Assembly: GCA_964645645.1 (NCBI GenBank)
Contig: CAZYBC010000006.1
Span: 1-63,224, forward strand
Origin: an uncultured Pseudomonadales bacterium
GTDB taxonomy: Bacteria > Patescibacteriota > Microgenomatia > UBA1400 > PJMF01
DNA: 63,224 bases
Reading direction: 5' to 3'
The translations under genes were made by a program, and so were the position numbers. Positions 52,201 through 57,655 of this stretch are shown in pieces. Numbering within the stretch: position 1 is the first letter of the stretch; every line of letters begins with the position of its first letter. The notes beneath the pieces were generated by a model that saw only the letters and a list, made by a program, of their open reading frames with translations, had not been told where the DNA came from and ran no database searches.

Positions 52201-54093
52201 AGGTTCTTGACAAGTTTTATGGCCTTGAACATCAGGAATACATTGATTAGACTGACATTCATAATTAGCATTGCAAACTACTCCATTAGCTTTATCACGA
52301 TAGTTAGCTACTTTACCAGTCTGACAAGGACCACAATCTTTAACATTTAAATTACATAAGCCAGTCTTGGTATCTTGCTTGGTAAAATAACAAATTTTCT
52401 CAGCTATAACGTTACCATTATTGTCAAAATTACAAGCCTGAACAAAAGCCTCTCTACAACTGACATCTTTAATAGGTTCACAACGAAAAAGAAAATTAGA
52501 AAGTCTCCCTTCAAGGCCAGGACAGCAAGAAGAACCGGCCAATATACCAATCTGTTCACCTTGACCTTTACAAACTGTTTCACCAATCTGATAAGGAGGG
52601 ATAGGAGTAGGTGTGGGTAATAAACAAGCTTGATTGCCACAACCATAGGCACAATTACTAGGATTACCCCAAGTTTGATTATTACTACAAGTATATTCAA
52701 CACCATTCTGACATTTGTGTTCACCTAAGTTACATTCAATTCCACCAGTTTTTTCACCACCTTGATGAGTATCATCAACCTTTGGCTCTTGGCAGGTTCT
52801 TGGTAAACCTTTACATTCCAATCCTGGTAAACACTTTTTATTGGCAAAAATACCACAATACTCACCTTGCTTTAAGGAAACTTCCACTACTTTAGCAGGA
52901 ATAGGGGTAGCAGTAGGTGCAAGCTTTTCTTCTGTTTTACTTTTGGTCTTAGGTTGATCAGTTTTTTCTTCAGTAGTAGTGCTGGTTGCATCAATTGGTG
53001 TAAACGACACGCATTTTTTACTACCAGTACAAGCAGAAGCCTCACCAGTACCGACACAAGTACTGTAATAACATTTAGCTTTACCTAAGGTTAAACCAGC
53101 CCGAGTGGTTTCTTCAAAGTATTCAGATTTACAAGCTTGACCATTAAAACGACAGCTATCACTTCCTGTTCCAATTCCGATAGTACTCTTATCAGTACAC
53201 TGATTGTTGTAACATTGATAACCAGTAGGACATTTTTGTTCGGTCCAAGTTTTACAATCACTCTTACAAGTCTTGAGAGTATCATAATTACATTGCACTT
53301 CACCTGGGTTACAGTTACACTGTTCAGTTTTCACACAACAAACCTGCATCGTATCACAACCACCACACTGACTACTTTGAGCAGCTTCTAAGCCCGCAGG
53401 ACAGCCACCAGTATAGGCACTATAACAACCAGCTTTACTAGTTGTACCACCTGACCCAGGTTTAATAGTCACTTTAGGGGTAGGAATAGGCGTACTAGCT
53501 GGTACTTTAGTTGGTCTAGGAGTTACTCCCACATTACCACAAGGAGCTGGACAATTACTTCCAGACTGATTTCTTTGAGTTTCCCCATCCCAACACCTGA
53601 CACATTCAGACATAGATAAGCATGCATATTCACCATGCTTAGCATAACTACAATTAATATTCGGCCCACAATAAGGATCACCAGAACATTTGCTTCTATC
53701 TACCTCTAACCACTGCCCACCTTGGCACTCTACACATTGTTTAGTCCCACCACAGGCTGTAGTCCCAGGATCAACATAAGCATTAGTACTAGACAAAAAA
53801 CATTTTTTTACACCTGGTGTGGGAGTGAGTGTTGGTTTAGCACTTGGCTGGGCACTTGGAGAAGGTGTGGTATACAAATCTGTACTAGCTTGTTGACGAA
53901 TATCTTGATTAACCTTAACCAAATAAAAAGCCGCTGCCCCGCCTACCAATAACAAAATTAAAGGTAACAATAAAATAAATTTAGTTCTAAATCTTACTAA
54001 AGGTCTTAAAGTAGAGGATTGGCGATGTGGAGTAAAAAACTTACTAAGTTTAAAAAGTAAATTTTTTTCACCCTCTTTCCTTGTTTGTAACAT
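34237..54093 (-). CDS. Giant (6,618 aa) membrane-anchored multidomain protein: Cys-rich region, SecA-like ATPase, HD, J-domain, PPP phosphatase, FHA, ART-like, transglutaminase-like, TPR
   Basis: Single uninterrupted 19,857-nt frame; motifs detailed in the findings. Confidence 0.95.
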   Translation of the reverse strand: MLQTRKEGEKNLLFKLSKFFTPHRQSSTLRPLVRFRTKFILLLPLILLLVGGAAAFYLVKVNQDIRQQASTDLYTTPSPSAQPSAKPTLTPTPGVKKCFLSSTNAYVDPGTTACGGTKQCVECQGGQWLEVDRSKCSGDPYCGPNINCSYAKHGEYACLSMSECVRCWDGETQRNQSGSNCPAPCGNVGVTPRPTKVPASTPIPTPKVTIKPGSGGTTSKAGCYSAYTGGCPAGLEAAQSSQCGGCDTMQVCCVKTEQCNCNPGEVQCNYDTLKTCKSDCKTWTEQKCPTGYQCYNNQCTDKSTIGIGTGSDSCRFNGQACKSEYFEETTRAGLTLGKAKCYYSTCVGTGEASACTGSKKCVSFTPIDATSTTTEEKTDQPKTKSKTEEKLAPTATPIPAKVVEVSLKQGEYCGIFANKKCLPGLECKGLPRTCQEPKVDDTHQGGEKTGGIECNLGEHKCQNGVEYTCSNNQTWGNPSNCAYGCGNQACLLPTPTPIPPYQIGETVCKGQGEQIGILAGSSCCPGLEGRLSNFLFRCEPIKDVSCREAFVQACNFDNNGNVIAEKICYFTKQDTKTGLCNLNVKDCGPCQTGKVANYRDKANGVVCNANYECQSNQCIPDVQGHKTCQEPGEIKKECSSGETKCEWWNSSYWQYNCQQGTFVRSSKCDGGCSGSQCAANVCTYPSSQCSADGTKLLICKQTQIGYLEYNCEGGCEAGICQEKEKCGLFNPCKENFKCAKGQCIPEGAVGNACKGPAFIMPCTYPTSQGTVEVGEQFCWYSQLDKNGQCTQNQVCENVCSPTGSIVQENRTPAYPTATPTKVPPTPIPTASSLADLLAEKTPAPSQPIIKPSSNQAIQDLTDNKELTLSQLEQKTNLSQEEVTNLMNAKFSRSYQALVDNDLDYLRNQCKAELGDSNTACTLSSEKILKALYPKIETAYIFDQVEEDKAFTQNLNQKFGIYLAGGYTDLQVECVSLTGKPELCSNEQQVLQIVVPGVSEDQVKNIITYKQEETKKYRQIAAKVEEAQTETINTYLSTDMQVLYNQCRADNPNDYQKCSTQEGILAYLAPSLEKPAIAQVANQKRLVEQENRNLEQLYQDYLGGRNVQDLVEQKCQLVTKTNGQIADCQGDSAGKVVFGLDDAQLALRKENITSRILNRDSEWASEALIATKDLQGVDKFSYNLMTTMASSNWFGNSVENYVNVQTDFANQYTGGDKFLATLELSGAVMEKVAIASAVVAVPALGITAAAGGASALGVGATLLGTTQVSLASSNFFGAGSQTAAVCRTSEDALNDPACLQQGANFALAGANFVLAPVTGSLTAAKQGVQLTGLMGSGAQGIIGTAQTATSLVASNAQQLGYGLGLANTTLATVNAAQSQQLTDWASVGGSVLNTVAGTAGLFNPNNAALNLGTDLLADVSGSMLDYYALQNTANLNPNDQFAQTRAFLGLAVGLGQAGFEVQSDVSNFRNSQPVRSLGGADVPKLDPLVKTQQTLLDVAKLDNAVKLDTTLSDPYYAKAKYYEDLVKANQTDIEAIVGKLSKEPNLPESEKLALATVRDNLIKQNTDLTVQKDNAYKIYETRQQEQDIRLAKAILPETVIADAQIKLEAAQTQKQIIEQQKIELESKIAKVEESVKIAEQIGDVTQAEQIKTQRGELEAQLAQADAELAKVNQEFEQQKQAIEAAVAKAQAEGIKPETAKTAEGAAQPETVKTETEQVAQVETTKPAAQPGIFQRIQETVGGWFGRGGQTVSTQEVKTETAKVEEAQKTAQPQEQPIKTQAEVAQELQAGFNQAKQSIQEIAQTEGDVRKLTEKINSFDNAIRALDSKLNINPDNQSLINQRANLEQQKLQLQQNLDSVKAKAASLNQDDNLSKPVLAGLTTIRPETTAQSTKNQAEQLRNQVATELGKKSASEVDLTKIEADLISQNGGQRTLAVEQQLNQALRKLKQATLLDTVADLQQKFASLDQTSVEALRVISDIDQLLQTRELDIPQVSSDPQKNLQIENIIRSAELRAGQSEGIAFFNTRSNQLSTLAQILSSPKVAVELTTAGGKSFVGGLVLEIQKTVYGRDKGIYIAKAGGEADIANQLRAMSPEGTKVVEFDQNKFLQDKAYQAEVLAADYLVSNPDQIQFLRNTAHNYSLGSTRDVAVSLYKNLSSNVGVYVDELQINMDPSRQAINPTGESSKPIAQNQKDAANLVGESILDTGLINRWGSGDHAGVLTVREADGAEVARFTDDTLDKIFTQLKVKNGESSAFKGMSETEISDLVDYVRSNAQELEILSSNTNALTSRLEAAGFKDSSAQANQVLDQIDQINSFAQGLKMKFGVDYFRDVDSQLQANNANNRTKDPVTIPASGGVKNEGQSYTASLQAAMEFIGAKAYAQANPGVNNAASKVNFDGLTSSPETAYRSTFADYLADLNNSSVGAVTGAFADGRGVVETTLGFDTYRDTEAVEKIVNTADTDIGARINKDRSYMASGLEDSTQLIVDLIRSGKLAQSNGLASNDSVKYVIGSDDVGDTMRIAQADAQGRDFSDRQRYFVQQGGDHYVEVAFVRTVDSAGNETISRRILNDNLDAKGVQKLYQDNPANMTIVIGRGGATGDSIRTEGNVPGVTLVSKNSPEGLVAQAGARLDRGTAVAEQYAIILDSTRSNLDLNVDATTRLASANEFDFQEFRQSINEAQLRVEQLKTTQGLDNGIESASTRVLAELSMSADAKIASWASAKLLEMSSNESRRNVDLVGGSQDTLVARQAKLASAQSKWQDLFSDSANQSILKYIETNNPQAFARMRSNVEVDANRLAYADQNAPISKEAVVNSGDLSEYLLQHNATVKKTDDVAKVAAGNNAGRTVATGVVAPSMQPTLLAGTRRIITAVADNFSTRQSNLPKGGLVNTALFIPRTMANGLAAFLDTTWPTVIKPAFIATYLNKPTQPVTPKTETEKVAQTTEQKASTTKPTLGERLSGWWATGLIGSATNLTQWWSGGLVNAPAVQKVLSTGLISLFKKSESQPATPVQPGQQAQPVQPQAAAKAETNIQNSFIYKVGNWFGGIAKDLGFGQKTTTPEQAQPEVEQPGTGGATQEEVKPAETVIFGGVEFPVIEIKERTTEQKTTALTKYLADRGLGQYSANVRALSNEQIANLYTQVFENKEIYTHEQAIEVLLNFLGVKTEAPAQAEQPDTGGTTQEEVVKTESPVTLAHGSSDEELAKLRQQGKTEYAQTLNLAKGKGLINTIKSVLGWNTFAGKKAALRDLVDGKGDLGAAYTRLVDNGVVKPAVMMDEVNYFFGIKENLTVTTVADIEAELRNYQGGEQKAKLTEAEISDVMLAANEVLADYVLANGENSRIAGVEFARDMARLLSYQILRDKQVFSGSDHGNNHIVRGNLNKGLALLESVSKLEQAGLVVTAKDRLAFVVATLLHDMGYTTGVAQAQASFEASKDHPIFSAAFIKANQSYFERHLGKASFEAVYEAILLHSYPNYDADFRVESDGVHPEMVHHVLAIVDALGTTAETKAPEAFKIPAVLEKLNGIRLYKQLLIEKYEQQFAGLEAEEKQDQINAAVKAKLKPYVEKKKQEIIDLLMADENLAVDRRNQYIEAVKNQFNEVTVDLTLPTYTGLLDEVTFMVNEQGKIVPKVNMRVSSVQALLSDLFGEDFSVAAFKKAMEDLGMTSEQIKNLGGIIKDYRSANDDQKAQLRDRLTMQSERALFTFDVDSLMKEDGFSELFAGLMRHDLRMEIVDLINKSNELSPNDLAAELLDRLIALESYVDDPQLKKQINLVIDSLEDENLNETDVLQLKNTLNNLLVSDLQDYLGVEDTDLISGIQTTDWVFAVREIVESEIATPDLTSSIPGIGGILTDTTKIFTKVRGFLDLYQTLQQQSQAPKAIEQVQPVQEVQPAEIEPVTEQIKPEVEQPVSGEVSVQAEQIGTGGTTQEEVVATTEQPMFAQEETTPTEEAQTVEAEAPAEEVTTTTTEENYPILPYEEVVAPLVPYGGYPSLPSYAQELAAAREQQEYLAQMAVYDQPSTVLVTTTVVSDLAGTEELEQGDTRTVNQTPALPNLTNTEVVKEYLPVLYDSRAVEFNWLVDAVDQVVARITGQKRVDQFLETFAYSPVMQSLQAKPALEADLTNYPIVRYQEAPLARMAETISTFTENEVPAATTAVIEDRGPIRFGQAIPLMGSVDTVQNLFEQYQAWLARRATLANLADQYNITAYFATHPVKAKEGQGSEVENQETETVAVESGTEAITADQTNYPIVLTAEQANYPLARIEGREYLEAELAQADKQAIVARDTVLKSVYNSIPVGSGPINSVLALLPQYQAFVKAQTANQQHLGKMFKAWADQLAKLKTESTEEVAAETALTEPVVEEPSPELTLEEQLEQVKAQIAELDQQIAEINAEYDPRYKAYNDGLNSIEKQLYEQKISASFRYNATNLAGKLKELIGYINWDAENDLSQIGSHLAILETDLATIFNEFNYIAGQNEENEALNNVYKKVLELIEAYNWTNESATLTELIDTLNNEFIPKIEPYLEDNQEVLATLSKTLEQRNSALANATTTYQQAHQAEKEQIEALRAKYRDLDTQKTALLKQANYLTEAIVKRDNDLVAPNPPTAAVADSYAPVEEVIQVKDEAQAAREQLLGLLKVIPGLNAIEQFVANIDQVNFLTGLVNVWTASELSLSQKVTETFKVLPESVTPGIANQRFTEILTQAESLEDLHTRLEKNFSYGNNYWMLVNPATNQIEFVNLFKFIDNVDDTLSSLNNKEFDEDVSATLADWPNYAPIRAAGQQLVAIALAQRKQANATKAEAFYADYRQQQEQLINRLEIKPETKVAELKTLAQNPPNQKSWLTDNNQIVGADTVVSWLDRIDFENVNQVIPADKIPLSALREKVQALLDLRKSEQARKAAEKYQQAQTAYSKFLLRLNLSSETTAAQLEVLASNQDLTIDDYLKMFGLTRDSEQTDFTAAKRALLNPVHPDNYEMLGTAYLFDKKTNLEMQALLANLAAATKLLNRALIDLEEYFKNPEAYLRKHNSTASSQPSTDFYTQIKKAEDAIKSTLYKARNLDELIELMSKYEETRDMVDDVREFVEGKIKADRLLESYGIRDLAKKLLAEEAEERASYIDKLNKLPIFANLMPLISHSSTTLDQLREIWNTINGFRFGNFDAQTLEGTDVRFNFSLLMTQIERILNLSGSLYRRPINEINNAQNVQGLLDFLTRYENEDIFLDDETFYTSEELKAEKQSLIDLRAAWNTDDYNQVDVILNNLRIAAIKNKVLSIIRDRYQRNINDLYLKAVNAKTLAELRNIFNQSPILYYPSDALTPRATILTSSYLVSSLDNGLVQNLPTELQNIVNKLLTQAKVQQAAQQVAPSSGQSVSNQTRTVNSVMVGDVHSNKNRLVKLLQESGWIEFIGQTEKPGFFARIFNFFIKLFTGKDPAKSSLNFEDEWQLNVLGNANSISFTGDYFDRNRNDREKTPGIDIIKLLWKLKQQASKMVGVEFNMLGGNHEVEFLLAMLLDENEDFRLLQALAHNGVDMDEVVEAKKDPQVWEILQNLDWMALRVDGSVMQHSDVFSYADFIYPDLISGIGWEKLADVEETKQHLDMILQRVQNDQLTPQQVVERINSNMKNYVQTAVRNNDLNSIFRLFDILTLDKKDSQFLNNPETTDLYLELFATAANKGQNRIYHGHNQKLGKSQPIYHDGRVINIDRGMGEHYGGKGDIVKETIYAGEQPASQQPSGYSQSAAQSPQAQAAQPTFTPTTITIGRGDGGLRNYQINDERVSSRHAKISNNSQGQWFLVDTSTNGTFLYNVQNPSGQRVYGSVEIKNGDVIKIINQYFKIKIDGNKVSLEDVTLNFSGTGSYNTKGCSSCPIAFGEFNTEFTSFFIAQSLANTISVEADKADLQALNQTAQAQVAVLKNMANDHTFDNAPAQETLDALAETADAMLKKTEAEKAQAIAEMAEAFQTIDQAISQITAAQDSAQNQAITDLTTLKNELKLISAELEALQVKPSNRLAGVFERINIQLEEIALYVKRISGDVSRLVRPEEEEETGETSITEEVSSTKIKIGDQEIEALVLGKTDPSQITAENLDQLFKLYHGASKKLIVDENYDFFADEDAPDGSYTIGAGLYTTDNHALAEEYANLRAKQNLQTETGVLTTLVPYQAKMLDLRNGQSLPEPLFKAWVEFMQAKFAQKKAQYEAISKPDGIEEMMFEFEKRYYDFLVAIAAKEPDQENRQIHYVLATRFIPEYNMEVGLGSSQNFYFAEFMKNLGFDGLISQEPTDIEGMIKADSFVFFNYSTIGSVEDWQRRSETESKIEENKETGVLEQFQPTFAEQLTELVNVLGVEDLDFDSSKPAKEILAELMPKIGNEEIFSIEAENPEKELMRLVTYHALQTAYQRLNPSGVEEINQARERIKDLEKDESPLVKREREDLIFQLLRQNVLTFPSGDYSYVKHPHYSFLQPSESNEYDCIAQTAYAISVLYNLGKDRNQIRTALSGFHLSALYNDASINQINVYDPRTADRYSLTKATNDNVPNNDFFSKYSIESIKTALDFVNETDHLGFLEPSYQEARQNIHFMTPEDGFLAAFYTHLGRTHQEEENFDKAEEYYQIALMFDPENSYIAAMRSLYR

Positions 54094-54099
54094 GTAAGT

Positions 54100-55734
54100 T
54101 TATTCTTCTAACTTGACTGCTAACCACCAACTCCAAATACCGCCGGTAATAAAGAACAAACCAGCCAGAATTAGAGCTAGTGTCACTTCAAAGCTTCCAG
54201 CTGAAAAAGTTCCACTAGAAGTAGAAACAACTGCAGACCGACTACTCATAGCTACGGTGGGACTTAATTTTACAGTTGGAGTAACTTTTTGAGTAGGGGT
54301 AGGAGAAGAGTAAGGATTACCAGAACCATAAGTTGTACTAGCTAAGGCTAATTGATTACTGGTGGTAGAAGTTTTTTCACCCACATAGAAGGTTTTAGTT
54401 GTGGTAACTAATTTACCAGTGGTTGGATCAGTATAACTATAAGTAACTGTGTGTTCACCTGGTTCTAGATTTTTACCCAAAGTGGCGAGATCAAGTTCAA
54501 AATCACCATTTTTATCGGCGGTAACAGTCGTTTCAATCTGATTATCAGAATGGATCTCAATTGTAACCACTACGTTTGGTTTAGCTTCACCTTTAATTAA
54601 AGGCTGAGCAACGTGCTCTAATTGAGTAGTATCTTTAACAGTTAAATCTACTTCTGTTGCTAAAGTAGCTGAAGTAGAAGCTGAAGTAGAAGTAGGAGCC
54701 TTAGTAGGAGCAACCGTTACAGAACTAGCTGGGACACTCGTAGGAATTGGCATACTATAATCACTAACCACTTCGCTAGGTGAATCATCATACACGTCAC
54801 TATCTGAATAATCAGTCACATTGTTACTTGGCTCTTCCTCAAGAGCTGAAGACATACTTAAATTTGCTAAATTCTTGCCAAAAGCAGAATTACTAGCTTC
54901 ACCAGTAGTCTGACCCGTTGTTAGAGTTGGGATAGCACTAGGGCTAACAGCGGGAACAGTGCTAGCTGAGGCAGCGCCAAATTTTAAATCAGCAACTGGC
55001 TGAGCACTAGCAATAGTAGTTTGATAACTTAAAGTCTGACTAAAACTTTTGCCTTGAGCTAAAAAATTAACAGCTGTATCTTTGTTAAAAATAGCTGAAG
55101 CTGTACCCTTGGCATTTCTAGCGGTAGCCAAAGAAATTCCCCAGCCACCGGTATTCCGCACTAAAGAAGAAAGTGGACCTGCTTCACTCATGGTTAAATA
55201 AACGACGCTGCCTTCTGCTGGCGTACCATCTTGATTATATAAATTACCATAAATCATCGTAGAATCAGGAGCTGAACTTAAAGAAGCCGCTGTTGTTACT
55301 GTGAAAGGTTTACCTTGATTATCAAAAGTAGTTCTTTCTGAGCTAGTTCCTAAAACATAAAAATAAGCAGTGTTAGGTTTTAAACTTCTTACAGTAATAT
55401 GATGAACATTGTAATTACCAGCCACACCAGAAAGCTGAGTTCTGTCATCACTAGCTTGAAGGCTAAGTTTATTTTCAGCGCTACCATATTTAACAAAACT
55501 AGTAGTAGGTTCATCTGTAAAAAATGACACGGTAAAACTAGTATCAGTTACATTAGTTAAGCGGACATTTTTAGGAGTGGTCTGAGGAGTGGCTCTAGGA
55601 GCAAAAACTCCAGTCCCATTTTTAAATAACAATAAGCCTGACACTAAAGCCCCAACTAAAACGAAAATGCCAATCATGGTAGGCATCTGTTTCTGCATCA
55701 AATTTTTTCTTTTGTTAACAACTGGTTGTGGCAT
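54100..55734 (-). CDS. Surface protein with FN3/purple-acid-phosphatase-N-like domain, Ser/Thr/Pro linkers, Ig-like domain and C-terminal membrane anchor
   Basis: N-terminal TM; PKNVRLTNVTDTSFTVSF...HHITVRSLKPNTAYFY; IKGEAKPNVVVTIEIHS; TFSAGS plus terminal TM (ORF track start 55806). Confidence 0.75.
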   Translation of the reverse strand: MPQPVVNKRKNLMQKQMPTMIGIFVLVGALVSGLLLFKNGTGVFAPRATPQTTPKNVRLTNVTDTSFTVSFFTDEPTTSFVKYGSAENKLSLQASDDRTQLSGVAGNYNVHHITVRSLKPNTAYFYVLGTSSERTTFDNQGKPFTVTTAASLSSAPDSTMIYGNLYNQDGTPAEGSVVYLTMSEAGPLSSLVRNTGGWGISLATARNAKGTASAIFNKDTAVNFLAQGKSFSQTLSYQTTIASAQPVADLKFGAASASTVPAVSPSAIPTLTTGQTTGEASNSAFGKNLANLSMSSALEEEPSNNVTDYSDSDVYDDSPSEVVSDYSMPIPTSVPASSVTVAPTKAPTSTSASTSATLATEVDLTVKDTTQLEHVAQPLIKGEAKPNVVVTIEIHSDNQIETTVTADKNGDFELDLATLGKNLEPGEHTVTYSYTDPTTGKLVTTTKTFYVGEKTSTTSNQLALASTTYGSGNPYSSPTPTQKVTPTVKLSPTVAMSSRSAVVSTSSGTFSAGSFEVTLALILAGLFFITGGIWSWWLAVKLEE

Positions 55735-55867
55735 ATAAAATCTAGAAGTAAAGAACTTCCTGTTATCATTAAAGACAAAAATTGAACTTAATTCAAGGCG
55801 AAACAAAACCGAAATTTACTCAAGCAAAAATAATTGACTGAGTTAGCACTAGTTAATACAACTAACC

Positions 55868-56290
55868 TTATTGAAAATTCATAACATTAGCAGCTGGAGA
55901 AGCCACAGCCGGAGTAACTGTTTTAGCCGCATTACTTACAGCTGGACTTGGGGTAACAACTAATTGATCTGCCCCAACTTTTACAATTTTCATTAAATTT
56001 TTATTGTTTTCATCTTCTTGAACCATATAAATATCAAATTTAGCTAAATCACTAGCAGAATAAATTTGCTTTTTCTCTAAAGTATCCAAAACAGTAGTAT
56101 CAACACTAGGAGTCAAAGGACTAGCTAAATTTTTTAACTCAGTAGAAATTTTTAAAGTATTCTGAGCAGTAAAAAGATTCATCATTACCCAAAGTAAAAT
56201 TACAACCAATAAAAAAACTAGAAAAGTAAATAAAAACTTCCGTTGTTTTAAATCTGCTATTTGACTAACTGGCTTATTACTTGATGACAT
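55868..56290 (-). CDS. Bitopic protein in the PilP-like position of the pil operon
   Basis: 140 aa with one N-terminal TM; 3 nt after the pilO stop; PLTPSVDTTVL motif. Confidence 0.5.
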   Translation of the reverse strand: MSSSNKPVSQIADLKQRKFLFTFLVFLLVVILLWVMMNLFTAQNTLKISTELKNLASPLTPSVDTTVLDTLEKKQIYSASDLAKFDIYMVQEDENNKNLMKIVKVGADQLVVTPSPAVSNAAKTVTPAVASPAANVMNFQ

Positions 56291-56293
56291 AGG

Positions 56294-56971
56294 TTAATTC
56301 TGTGTTTTTAATTCAACTTTTTGAGTCTCATCTACTTTAGTATTATTACCTAAATCATAATATGGAACCTGCAAACTAAGAGTCGCCTTTAAACTCTTTT
56401 GCCCTCGATTATCATTAACATGAAAAGTAATGCTATCTACAATAATTAATCTTCTATTAGAACGTAATTTTTCTGCCACATTACGAATAGCCTGATAATT
56501 ACCAATTAAACTCAATTTTAAAATCAGGTTATTTTGTTTAGCTTTGCTTAAATTACTAGTAGTAAGATTAGTTAAATCAGTTTCAACTGGGATTTCATTA
56601 ACTGAAGCAGTTTCTATTACTACTACTTCTTCACTGCAAACTTTTTCAATTGTTTTTAATAACTCTAATAGATTAGCCGAACTAGGAATTGCTTGGTCTA
56701 AAAGATAAAGCCTGTTTTCCAAATTAGAATACACTTGCTGAGCTGAAGCTAAAGCAGAAATCTTTTGGTCAAACTTTTTAGACAATTCTTTTTTATCTTC
56801 AATTTCTTTAATCAAATCAGCCATAGTTAGTAAAGTAGGACGGATAGCCGCCAAAGCAAAAAATACAATTGAAAAAACAGTCAGAAATAATTCCAGAGAA
56901 ACCTTAGCAACTGGATTGTTATAAAAAGTTTGTAAAGCTAGATTCAATTGTGTTTTTTCTTTAGTAGACAT
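56294..56971 (-). CDS. pilO: PilO-like type IV pilus alignment protein
   Basis: TM, coiled coil, LDQAIPSSANL...GNYQAIRNVAEKLRSNRRLIIVDSI ferredoxin-like pattern. Confidence 0.75.
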   Translation of the reverse strand: MSTKEKTQLNLALQTFYNNPVAKVSLELFLTVFSIVFFALAAIRPTLLTMADLIKEIEDKKELSKKFDQKISALASAQQVYSNLENRLYLLDQAIPSSANLLELLKTIEKVCSEEVVVIETASVNEIPVETDLTNLTTSNLSKAKQNNLILKLSLIGNYQAIRNVAEKLRSNRRLIIVDSITFHVNDNRGQKSLKATLSLQVPYYDLGNNTKVDETQKVELKTQN

Positions 56972-56976
56972 ATTTT

Positions 56977-57600
56977 TTAATTAAGATCTGGTTCTGTTTC
57001 AGTAGTCACTGATTTTTTAGTTTCCGTGTCTTGTTTTTTAACCTCAATTGTTTTTTTAGTATTAGCTTTTAAGCTAAAGGCAAAACCTGGACGATTGTCA
57101 TCCAGAGATTCTATCTTATCAATTCTTACTTCAAAAAAATCCTCTGACAAAGTTAAATTATTAACAAAAGTATTCAGCATACTTTGAGAAAAAACTTCAC
57201 CTTCAACACTAACCGAATTTTGATTAATAGTTAAATTCTCAAAAACCACATTACTAGGAGTAATCTTACTTAGTTTAGGAAAAATATCAGCAATATTATC
57301 ATTAACAGCCAAAACCTTATAATCAGTCAGCTTCTTTTGCAGATTTAAAAAATTGGTTTCTAATTCACCATAAGATAAAATTAAAGATTTTTTCTGTTCA
57401 ATTTCTTTATTAATATCTGTCCGCTGACGATCTAAAGTAAACCTAGCCACAAAACTTAAAATTACTAATAGTTCAGTAAAAATCACAATATATCTACCCA
57501 CTGATAAAGCCCACTGGATAGAACGACCAATTACTCCTTTAAAAAAAGGATCCTTAGGAAAAAGATTAATCTTAATCTCGACAGGCTTCTTATTAGGCAT
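56977..57600 (-). CDS. pilN: PilN-like type IV pilus alignment protein
   Basis: INLFP N-terminus, TM, coiled coil, ITPSNVVFENL...VEGEVFSQSMLNTFVNNL; own TGT-TACAAT promoter 7 nt before the ATG. Confidence 0.75.
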   Translation of the reverse strand: MPNKKPVEIKINLFPKDPFFKGVIGRSIQWALSVGRYIVIFTELLVILSFVARFTLDRQRTDINKEIEQKKSLILSYGELETNFLNLQKKLTDYKVLAVNDNIADIFPKLSKITPSNVVFENLTINQNSVSVEGEVFSQSMLNTFVNNLTLSEDFFEVRIDKIESLDDNRPGFAFSLKANTKKTIEVKKQDTETKKSVTTETEPDLN

Positions 57601-57655
57601 TGCTTTTATTGTAACAAGTTTATAAAGAAAACACCATTAACTTAAACCACTCAAA

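Noticed and set aside
34575-53952. Short ORFs nested in or antisense to the giant gene (e.g. 48688-49095, 52030-52350, 52002-52271)
   Set aside because: Explained by codon bias of the coding strand; no RBS, promoter or motifs
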